Source of the DNA: Octopus sinensis | Lineage: Eukaryota | Length of the DNA stretch: 64,000 nucleotides | Direction of reading: 5' to 3' | Assembly: GCF_006345805.1 (NCBI RefSeq) | Contig: NC_043000.1 | Location: 145,452,001-145,516,000 of the forward strand | Shown here: one piece after another, positions 23,911 to 34,531 of the stretch | How positions within the stretch are numbered: the first letter of the stretch is position 1 | How the letters are laid out: each line of letters starts with the position of its first letter | Position numbers and translations under genes: made by a program | Notes under the pieces: model-generated | Seen by the model: only the letters and a program-made list of their open reading frames with translations | What the model was told of the DNA's origin: nothing | Databases searched by the model: none

Positions 23911-25516
23911 TAGAGAGAGTTCGAATTTTTAAATTCTGTTACCAGTGTTCATGCAGACGATCCCGGCGAAAATTCTTTGCAATCTTCTTTCAATTATACC
24001 CTATTTTTTTATCATGTCTTAAGGACCTATGAACCGCAAATATGAACACATTAAAACTAATCACATTTATTAAAAACCTAAATAAAAATCTCTGTATTGT
24101 TGGTGGATACTTAAACTCATTCTTTAAAGCACAATGACTCTTAAAGTATCTCAAAGCCAAAATGTAATTCACACACACACATACACACACACTTATATTA
24201 TAGTAGTATATATTATATATGCATACGCGGTAAGTGGTTTGAATGTTTTATTACCGGTATTGTTAAGCTGATCATCCCCCATCCCTATATAGTATTAATA
24301 ACAAATGTATTGTCTGTGATATTAACCAGGCTGAAAGGATACCTTTCTCAGTGGTTGTAAATTTAATATTAGTAGTAGCAGTTTTATCTACTGTAGCCAT
24401 CATAATAATTTTGATAATACGCATTAAGTACGGTAGCATCACCATAACTACAGTAGTAATTGTATTGACTGCGATGCTGTTCTTTTCTCTCTTCATTCAT
24501 ATTATTATTATGTGTAGTAATTGCGGTAGTAGTAATAGTTGAAGGAGGGGCGGGGAGAAGATGAGAAAGGAGGTGAAGGAGGAGGATAAAACTTGGATAA
24601 ATAAATGAAGTACAGAAAAACTATATACCAAAACACAAAGAAAAGTATACAGATGAATATATAAAAGTATATTTCGCCATAGAAATTTTTAAAAATCAAA
24701 TTTTTAGAATAGCAACTTAGAATTCTAGGAGGCCTTTTCAATACATTGTAGAAAAATGGCAATAAAATGTCTATATCAAAAATGTACTTCTTGATTATCC
24801 TTTTCATTTCTGCAATACTGAATATCAATTTTCCTCTTCAAGGAATCAATGAAATATCTATTTTTATAAAATAAGTAAAGGAAAATAAATATAATAAATA
24901 TAAATATCCTTTTTTGGTGTATATTTTATTTGTGCTTGTATGTATCCTTTTCTTTGAAAATTTTAGCCATTTTTCTTTTCATTTTTTTGTTGTTTTTTTT
25001 TCGAAAATATTATTCATTTTATTTCTCTTCATTTCATTGCGGTTTTTGTTATTTTCATTCGAATTTTACTTTTTGACATTCTGAAAAGACAAATTTATTT
25101 CTATGATCGAAAATAGAATAAAAAATGTTACATTCTTTTGAAAACTTAATATTAAAAGTAAATGTTATCATATACTACATCTTGTGTCTCAGTAAAACTG
25201 AATGTCCTCTCTTATCTTTCCCTATCTTTCTTTGCAGTTCTCTTTTTTTCTCTACATTTTTCTATGTCACTGTTTTTCTTCACTCATATTTTCTTTCTCT
25301 TACTCCTTTCGTATCCCCGCTCGCCCTTATACGCTTTCGCAATTGCTAATTCTCTTTCTTGCAATCTTTTCTCTTTCTACACTCACCAACTTTTTATAAT
25401 GCAACGCTTTTCCATTGATTTCCTCTCTATGCCCATCATCCTTTTAACTTTTTCATTTTTCTTCTATTATAATCTTATACATGTGTCCGGTTATTTTTCT
25501 ATAACCCCCACCCACT

Positions 25517-25559
<43 letters not shown>

Positions 25560-25922
25560 TATATATATATAGATAAATGTGTGTGTGTGTGTGTGTGTGT
25601 TTCTCTCATTCTCTCCCATCTCTTTCTGAGTCACTTTGTCTTTTATGTTATAATTTCTATTTTCCTCATAATTCTTCTCATATGTGCGAACATGCTATTA
25701 CCTACTGCTCGTAAACCACACAGAAATATACTTTCTAATACCCAACCCAACTCCGAAAAATATCTCCCTTTCTCATAAAACTCAACATTACTTACATTAC
25801 ACTCTCCCATATTATTCTAAGAATTTTCGAAATTCTTTCTTCAGTCAAATATGAATCTTTCGGTAGCGTTCACTACTTGACTTGCATACTCATCAACATC
25901 TCCCTTCACTTTCCCTTTCTGT

Positions 25923-25998
<76 letters not shown>

Positions 25999-26132
25999 CA
26001 TATATATATATATATATATACATATATTAAAAATCACCAAAGACATACATACACACACCTAACCCGGGGGCCCTAAAACTACGACCCTTTGTAACTGGCC
26101 CAACCTGTGAAACACACAGATTAAATCTATTT

Positions 26133-27662
26133 ATGGACATCCTCCTGAAACCCTACCTTAAACATATCGATAGTCATATCAGAGATGACTTGGATATGTT
26201 AAACCACCTTCCAAAAAAAGTCAAGGAAGAAACAATCATGGTTTCATTTGATGTAGTTAATTTATATACCAGTATACCTCATAATTATGGACTAGAGGCA
26301 ATACAGTTCTGGCTGGACCCATTTCCGGAAGAAATACCAAACAGGATCAGTAAAGTATTCATTACTAAATCGGTTGAATTCATCCTACATAATAACCACT
26401 TCATGTTTGACAATACAATTTACTATCAAAAATCCGGAATTGCTATGGGTACAAGGGTAGCACCAGTGACTGCGAACCTAACAATGTGCTACCTGGAAAT
26501 AATTGTATATCAGGAATCTTTATCGACCTTTGGAAACCCCCTCTCTCAATACATAAAAGAGAATTGGAAACGATTCTTACACGATTGTTTTATACTCTGG
26601 AATGAAAACACAGATAAACTCCTAAAATTCAAAAACCTATTGAACAGCATCAACCCAAATATACAGTTCACAATGGAATACAACCAAAAGGAGCTTCCAT
26701 TCTTAGATATACTAATTAAAAAAATTAACCTTAAAATAGAAACAGTCATTTTTTATAAAGCCACATACGCTAAACAATACCTACTTTTTAATTCATGCCA
26801 CCCAAGACACACTAAAACAAACATCCTTTTCAACCTTGCAAGAAGGATATGCACAATAGTGTCAGAACAAAATACCAGGAACTTTAGACTACAAGAACTC
26901 AAAAACACCCTAATTGACAGACACTACCCAGCTCAACTCATAGAGGATGGGATCAGACGTGCAACAGAAATCGACATAGAAACTTTGAGAAAAGTTCAAC
27001 ACAACAACACACCTTCCCCGAAAATACTGCCTTACATATCCACATACAACCCCAGAAACAAAGAAGCCTTCACCATTATCACCCAGAATTTACCAATACT
27101 TCATAAGGACCCCAAATTAAAGGAAATTCTAAACATACATAAAATGATTAAAAGCTACAAACAACCTAAATCACTTAAAAAGATTCTCACAAAGCCAAAA
27201 TTGTTTTCTGAAACTACGGATGCAAAAGTAAAAAAATGTGGTAGACCAAACTGCGTAACATGCCCAAACCTTCTAGAAGGATCAGAATTTCTCTTCAAAC
27301 AGGGACAAAAATTCAAGATCAAATCTAATTTTACTTGTGCTTCTGAAAACATAATTTATGTCATAAGGTGCTCGGGCTGCCACCAAAACTACGTGGGGTC
27401 CACGGGACTATCACTCAGACGTAGATGCACTCTGCATCGACAACAGATTGCATTCCCAGAATACAGAATGATATCCTTTAGTGAGCATATTGACAAATGC
27501 GCAAAGCAACTACTACCACAATGTTTAATCGTTCCATTCTATCAATGTGCTATTGGAACACCAACACAAATTAGATTAAACAAGGAAGCATTCTTCATTG
27601 AAAAATATAAACCCAAACTTAACCACTCTAACATTCTTATACAGAGAAACTCACCCCATTAA
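26133..27662 (+). CDS. PLE-2 RT + GIY-YIG (509 aa open); catalytic YxDD replaced by FLHD
   Basis: SFDVVNLYTSI, QKSGIAMG, WKRFLHDCF, LPFLDI, SCHP, CGRPNCVTC, NIIYVIRC..NYVGST, R..H, E. Confidence 0.9.
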   Translation: MDILLKPYLKHIDSHIRDDLDMLNHLPKKVKEETIMVSFDVVNLYTSIPHNYGLEAIQFWLDPFPEEIPNRISKVFITKSVEFILHNNHFMFDNTIYYQKSGIAMGTRVAPVTANLTMCYLEIIVYQESLSTFGNPLSQYIKENWKRFLHDCFILWNENTDKLLKFKNLLNSINPNIQFTMEYNQKELPFLDILIKKINLKIETVIFYKATYAKQYLLFNSCHPRHTKTNILFNLARRICTIVSEQNTRNFRLQELKNTLIDRHYPAQLIEDGIRRATEIDIETLRKVQHNNTPSPKILPYISTYNPRNKEAFTIITQNLPILHKDPKLKEILNIHKMIKSYKQPKSLKKILTKPKLFSETTDAKVKKCGRPNCVTCPNLLEGSEFLFKQGQKFKIKSNFTCASENIIYVIRCSGCHQNYVGSTGLSLRRRCTLHRQQIAFPEYRMISFSEHIDKCAKQLLPQCLIVPFYQCAIGTPTQIRLNKEAFFIEKYKPKLNHSNILIQRNSPH

Positions 27663-27786
27663 ATAAAGGGAAAAGAAATATAAAGCGATTATCTCCCTTA
27701 TACCGGAAGAAATCGCTTATTACCTTCCCCTACCTGGAACTCTTCTTTGCACTTCATAACGAAAACATAAATGTAGGTAAAGACAC

Positions 27787-27830
27787 TTTAGAAATTTGAA
27801 AAGTTAACACGAAACCGGTAATTTCTTAAA
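27787..27830 (+). ncRNA. Decayed minimal type I hammerhead (PLE-type)
   Basis: GAAAT-TTGAAAA-G-TTAACA-C-GAAACCGGTA-ATTTC. Stem I GAAAT/ATTTC, G-C stem II and palindromic ACCGGT are intact. Core CTGAAGA is mutated at C3 and G8. Confidence 0.65.
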
Positions 27831-27959
27831 AAACTATGTTACTGTATGAAAAAAATTTATAACATTCTTCCAACATGATGACTCAAATATATTCTTTAAC
27901 CTTATAAAACAAGCCTCTGTAGTTTTTTCACTTTTTACTATTTTCTACATATATATATA

Positions 27960-28123
27960 CACGACAGGCTTCTTCCAGTTTCTGTCTACTAAATCCACTC
28001 ACAAGCTATTTGTTGGCCCGAGGGTGTACAAGAAAACACCTGCCGAAGGCACTACGCAGTGGGGCTGTACCCAGAGCCATATGGAGTTGGGAAGAAACCT
28101 TCTTACCTCACAGCTACGCCTGC
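27960..28123 (-). mobile_element. Decayed 5' half of a SINE-A-like element
   Basis: acgacaggcttctt..ccactcacaag..ctacgcagtgggg matches the SINE-A reverse complement. Confidence 0.75.
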
Positions 28124-28148
28124 CCCAATATGTATACGTACATGTATA

Positions 28149-28258
<110 letters not shown>

Positions 28259-28489
28259 CATATATATGCATATCATTTTCATTTATTATTGCTTCACTGC
28301 TTCACACGTGGAATCCGTGGTCGAATCATCGCTGGTGAATTTTCTCTTATCTTTTGCCGTTTTCGGCTGCTGAAAATCTATTTTTGGCGGATGTATTCAA
28401 GTAGCTTCTGAAAGAATTTCATCCTATTTCAATCACTGAACATGCGTAAAGCCCATCCCGAAAACTTCCTCGGAAATATTTTTCAAACT

Positions 28490-29165
28490 ATCCTTTTTCA
28501 CAATATGACCAGCGTTGCATTTTTTGAAGTTTTCTGGAAGCAGAATAGTGACAGAGTTATTTTGCAAGCCAACGTCATCCCACAGTTATCTCCACCACTG
28601 CTCCGATTATCCGCATGGCATATTTCAGTCAAATCTGAAATCCCAATTTCTGAACATAAAACGGATTTGTAGGAGATTACCGAAAACATACAAATGCTTT
28701 TGTACACCATTAAATCAAACGCGGTTACAGTGAGTCACGATTAAAGGAAGCAAATGAGATAGCTAAGATTGTCAAAGTAAGTCAAACCTTTACGCATAAT
28801 TTTAGCAAACACAATACAACATATGATTCACTGGCACCGAAATTTCGTTGGCATTTCAAAAGTGTTGCATGAAATTTACCATCATGTTGCAGGAAAATAT
28901 CCTCGTTTCAAACAGATATTTCCTTAGCCACCTAGTGTAGCTTTTAGACAGAATAAAAATATAAGAGAACTATTGACCTCTATTTCTGATTCCAACGAAA
29001 CGAAAATTGGAGTATTTGTACGCTGTACCTTGCAAAACAGCTGCAAAAGAGGTAAGCCCTGTTCATTGTGCAACAATATGAGTCAGGAGAATCTCATCAG
29101 GAATCATAACAGAAATGTTATAATTTATAGAGAAGGTGGGACATGTAGATATTCCCATTTCGCCT
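28490..29165 (+). pseudogene. PLE-3: decayed Penelope-like RT thumb and Cys linker
   Basis: SVAFFEV; LFCKPTSSHSYLHHCSDYP..SQFLNIKRIC; YPRFKQIFP.PPSVAFRQNKNIRELL; CKRGKPCSLC..GGTC. Confidence 0.78.
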
Positions 29166-29924
29166 TAAAACATATAAAAGAATATAAAAAGTATCTCGTT
29201 TTTCTATTCTTTTTCAGTATTTTATGATATGCATAATATATATAATACATTTAACGAATATGTTTTTTATTTCAACTTCTATCTCACTTTTTAATAATGT
29301 ATTCAGTATATCTCTTACACCTTACAATTTCACTGTCTTTCCTTTGAAAATAGTTTAAATCAAATCTGTTCTTCGTACATTATTTTGTTTTTATATATTA
29401 TGAAACACCTTTTCGAATATATTGTTTTAATGTACTATCTCTTACATGACTGTTCATTCAAATCTAAACTTTTCTCCTCATCTTTCAATGAATTGTTAAG
29501 CATATGAATTTGCTCGAAATACCTACTTCAAAACTCCATGATTATTGTTACTTCATCCATTCCTTTCATTGGTTCTGTAAAGATATAGCCGTTGGTCTTA
29601 TTGTTTTTAATAGGTTGCGTGTAGTAATACATAATACAATTTATGTGTCCGCTGAACATATATTACAAGACTGCTTTGATACCCGATTAAACATATTTGT
29701 CTTTATCACTATATTACATTTTAAAATGCATAGAATTCGAAGGCGGAATGCAAAGTAGGAAATTTCTCGTAAATTACGCAGTAATTATCCCAAGCGTTCT
29801 TTACGGCGATACAGTAACACTAAGATATTTGGACAAAGAAATGTTAATTTTGCGATTCATTGTCCCTCCAGGTCAGTTCTCATTAAGTATTCCGATAATC
29901 AGACGCATTACAATGAAGGCCGTC

Positions 29925-29981
<57 letters not shown>

Positions 29982-30025
29982 ACACACACATATATATATA
30001 TATATTATATATATATATAATATAT

Positions 30026-30058
<33 letters not shown>

Positions 30059-30283
30059 TTAATTAGACAATATGGTAACCTGAAGGGATGGTTGCATCCT
30101 AGGAAATATTGGTTCAATACCTAGCATTTTAGGGAATGAAATTCGCTTAAAGCAATAGGCATGTATAAAGCATATAACTTATATCCACTTAAAAGAAGAA
30201 AATAAAATGGAGAGTAGGAATTTAATAATAAACAATTATTAAATTCGTTAATCTCCATTTTCTTTTCTTCTTTATATATATAC

Positions 30284-30334
<51 letters not shown>

Positions 30335-31974
30335 AACATCCTGTGCTATAGTGTTCAGTATACCGTTTGTTATTGTAAGGAGTTAAAATGTGATTTGAAA
30401 TGATGTTAATATTATTTCCTGCAAGACAAACACTTCTATATACGCTCTGTCATTGGTTCATGAATATTTAAAGTTAAATTAATTATTGCTTAAGGCATGG
30501 GCATAGCACTGCCTATTTCATATGTTTAGAAACATCAACTGTTTGCCAGTAACTATGTTACGGAATGAGCCATATATGATTTCTAGTTTCACTGAGAATT
30601 TTCAGGCGTTATAATTCCCTATGATGTGGAGATCAATTGCAATTTTATTCAAGCAACCGATTGTCATATTGATACTGAAATGTTTGTCGTAACATGTTGA
30701 AATTCCTCTTTGCTTGTTTCAGATTAGTAACGATTGTTTGTATGACTTGGTCTACGATCGTTTATTGGCAGTTTTTGAAAAGATAAAATGAATGCTGCAC
30801 GGTGTAATTCAGATATAGGAGAACCATGTCCAAAGAAAATTAAAGTAAACCCAGTGTTTATCTTCACAAAAATGTCTTTTCTATCTCATAAGTTCAATTG
30901 CATTAGCGAAGATAATTCCAGTAAATGCAGACAAAAGTAGGGAGCTTTAAAAATGCTAGCAAACTACATATAATGACTGCGTATTTTGTACAAAATGTTT
31001 GCAGGCTTATACTCAGTGTATGTAAAATAAATAAATAATGAAGTAACTATCGTTGTATAGTTCTTTCTAAAAAACTAATACTTTCAAACTTCTATATTTG
31101 TCTGATTACATTTATCATAAAATTTCATCTTTCCTATGTTAATTTCTATCATCATCTAAGCCTGCAGCCTACAAATACTAAGGTAGGCCCACGGTGAGCT
31201 AAATGTAGCTTTGACCACACTGACGTCAAACTAATTATCCAGTTTACTGAGCTTTCTCATAAGTTATACGGCCAAGGCATTTACAACTGCGTGGCGAACT
31301 AGTGTTGTGGGTCTTGAATTCACATCCATCATCTCTAATATTTCCATTTACAGTTTCTCAATTCTTCTCCCTTCTCTTACTTTCTAAAGCTGTTTTAATT
31401 ACATACATATGCACATGCTTTTAAGTCTGCATTCGATTCACAACATACCCGCCATCATTTTCAAATTTCTAAGTTTCCGCTGCCCATTCCTAAAACGTGT
31501 GGCCTTAATTCTTAAAACATTTCAAACGCTCTACTTTTATTTTCTGTGAAGGGTTTCCTCATTTTTTCTTAAATTCGCACTCTATACAGCCATATATATC
31601 TGCCATACTGCCTCACTTATCAAAAACGTAGCATTCTGCAGTCCTAAATTCCGAGTCTTTATTGTCATCAACGGAAAACATTTCTAACATTTTATTTCTG
31701 AAAAGCGAAAATATTATTTGTTAATTCATCTCCCATTTACTTAAAAAAGAAAGAAAAGACGTCCATATAAGCGTTCTTTTAGTCTATAGTCTGTTCATTT
31801 GTATCTTGCCATAGACCACCCAGCCTGTATAAGTGTTCCCAACCTCCTTGTTATAATTGCCTAGTTACCTCACTTCATTATTCTAATGTAAATGCCTACA
31901 TTTACAACTAGCTTTTAGGGTCAATGTGGTTTATCAACTTGCTCTGAATTATTCTTACTATTATCTATAGCAGA

Positions 31975-32115
31975 AAAGGTGTCGAGCTGGCAGGACAGTT
32001 GGCACGGCAGTTCAAATTCAGTCCAGGTCGAATTTGCCTTTCGTCCTTTCGTTGTTGATGGGGTAAATGCATTCGACTTTCTGGCCTTGTACCAATTTGT
32101 ACCAGGTTAGTGTAT
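31975..32115 (+). mobile_element. Decayed, internally deleted SINE-B
   Basis: gagctggcagga..gttcaaattc..ggtcgaatttgcctttcgtcctttcg..ggccttgtacca. Confidence 0.65.
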
Positions 32116-32847
32116 TGGATGAAACGAGTTCATATAACAGAGTCATGTTCAGCGCGTACTTCATTGATGTTCGTACTGAGGTAAAGAGTAGTATCGCACC
32201 ACAAGGTTATTAAATTTAAACCAGACACCCACTCAGCTTGCCACCTCTCCGTTTCTGGTAAAGTACTTCTAATAAAATTCCAAATATAAGAACATATCCT
32301 AAATAACTCCCATAAGCATAGTCGCAACGCATGCCACGCCTTTCCCAGGTTTTCTCTATGCTATTACTCCACAAATCATCTATGTCTATACCGCCTTTAA
32401 TTACACATACATGAAGGGATTTGTAAAGCACTATAAATAAAAATGCTCATATCATGTGCACTATTATAGTATACGAAATATTTGTGCTATATATATATTC
32501 AATCTTCCACCTGAATTTTCTGGCATTTTCCTATAAATGTATATATATATATAGGAAAATTGAACAAGGAAACGAACTCTCAAGATGTTATTAAACCATT
32601 TATACCTTGAATTCTTCTACATTTGTTTCTACGGATGTACTCCAAAATGTCCGACAGGATAAATTATGATCAGCAATGCACCAATCTTATCAGGAAGGAT
32701 ATGAATAACAAACTCATCAAACAAACATGTTAACAGAAATAGAAAATAGAAAATTTAAACTACTTATATTCATATGAACACACGTGTACATACACTCAAA
32801 TATTTTGGGTGTAAATAAAAACATTATATACATACACATACACATAA

Positions 32848-32899
<52 letters not shown>

Positions 32900-32944
32900 A
32901 TATATACTCATACACGCATACATATATATATATATATATAATTA

Positions 32945-33355
32945 TAAATAAATAAAACATATGCATATATACATACATATATGTACGTACCTATCTCTAC
33001 ATGTATATATACATGCATATATGGGTACAGGACACCAAAAAAACGTTGAACACAATGAGAAACGAAAACATAGAAACAAACCCAAGGAACTGGACATTTT
33101 TCTTATACAACGAAACAATAGAGTACAGGACATACAAAACAAGGAAAATTACCCTTCTTCAGTCGCCTTAGTTTCTTCTACTCCACGTTTCGAAGGTCAA
33201 GGTGATACATGACTTCAATGAAACTTTCCTTGCCACGAAAATCAAATTAAATAAAATTTGAGATTTTTTGCGGAGGGGTAAAAATGGTAACAAAAACAGG
33301 ACAGTAACGACAGTACAAAATATAAAGAGTAAAAGACAGGACACAGAGAATTACA
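32945..33355 (-). repeat. Repeat X, copy 1 (hammerhead-bearing; abuts (TA)n)
   Basis: Alignable over ~410 bp with 61944-62358. The terminal ~85 bp also occur at 59504-59589. Confidence 0.88.
33150..33211 (-). ncRNA. Candidate non-circularly permuted hammerhead ribozyme, copy 1
   Basis: Minus strand: CAUGU-A-UCACCUU-GACCUUC-GAA-ACGUG-...-AAGGCGA-CUGAAGA-AGGGU. Confidence 0.6.
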
Positions 33356-34168
33356 GTAACACAAACAAGAAGGTCTGTTAAGCCAAACGAGATAATATGT
33401 TTTTACGAACGCTATTTTTTGAGAACGGCAGGGAGCAACAGATTTACCGTCTCTACTTGAAGGAAGCCAGGAGAAGAAAGATAGTAGTAGCCTTTGCATC
33501 ACTTGAGCCCGACGGGAGGGAAGAGGAGGAGTAACAGAAAGGGAGAGAAAAAAGGGAATGGTTGTAGAGAAAAGAATGAAGAATGAGAAAGAGAGAGTGA
33601 GAGACAGTAAGGTAGAAGAAAAGGAAAGCCAAAAGAATGAAGGCTGAGAAAGGGAGGGGAGAGAAATATATATATTTATATGTATACATATGAAATATAT
33701 TTTCCCATATATAAAGATATACAGAAATTTATACATATACACACAAGCAAGCATACATATATATTCAAATACATACATACATGCTTTCATACATAGGCAC
33801 AAATATACTCACAGTTATATGCATATATGTCTATACATATACTCGTACGTATTCTCAAGGTAACAACATAGAAAATACTTATGCTGATGTATACGTTTAC
33901 GATCACATACTTATACACATAAACAAACGACCATATGCATTTACGAGAGCATACACATCCCAAGATATCGATAGACCCAAGCACATAATTGTATACCCAT
34001 ACAGACACTTACTTCGGCAGGTATACGTTCTTGTTCATTCAAAAAATACTTACATACGAACAGGAGACACTAGGAATTTTAAATGACGCTATCAAAACTA
34101 ACAAGATACTCTGAGAGAAGATTTATAGAAACATTGGGAGGAGGAAAGAAAGGAAGTGTAAAACAAGT

Positions 34169-34210
<42 letters not shown>

Positions 34211-34453
34211 GAGAAGAGGAGTGAGCAAATATTAAATATAGAAGAAAATGCATGAAAACAAAGGAAAGATATTGTGTCGTATAGCCAGCTAGAAACAATG
34301 TTTCTTTGGACTAAAACAACAGTAACATCGTCCTATTCGGGACAGCCACATTACGTTGGCAAATAGCCTTTACTCTAAAGAACTGCAACTGAATGTCTCT
34401 GTTTGTGAGATTTTGAAATACTACCAAATAATATATATATATGTATATATATA

Positions 34454-34529
<76 letters not shown>

Positions 34530-34531
<2 letters not shown>

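Larger units (their letters stand above)
26030..27947 (+). mobile_element. PLE-2: 5'-truncated Penelope-like element (Neptune-like Cys-linker type)
   Basis: Begins just after (TA)n. LRPFVTGPTCETHRL upstream of the ORF; RT, CxxxxCxxC linker, GIY-YIG; 3' UTR with decayed HHR; ends at a short TA run. Confidence 0.9.

Noticed and set aside
25805-25855. Minus-strand CTGAAGA..GAAA with AAGAATT/AATTCTT hairpin upstream of PLE-2
   Set aside because: Stem I and stem II do not pair in the required register, and chance AT-rich complementarity is likely.
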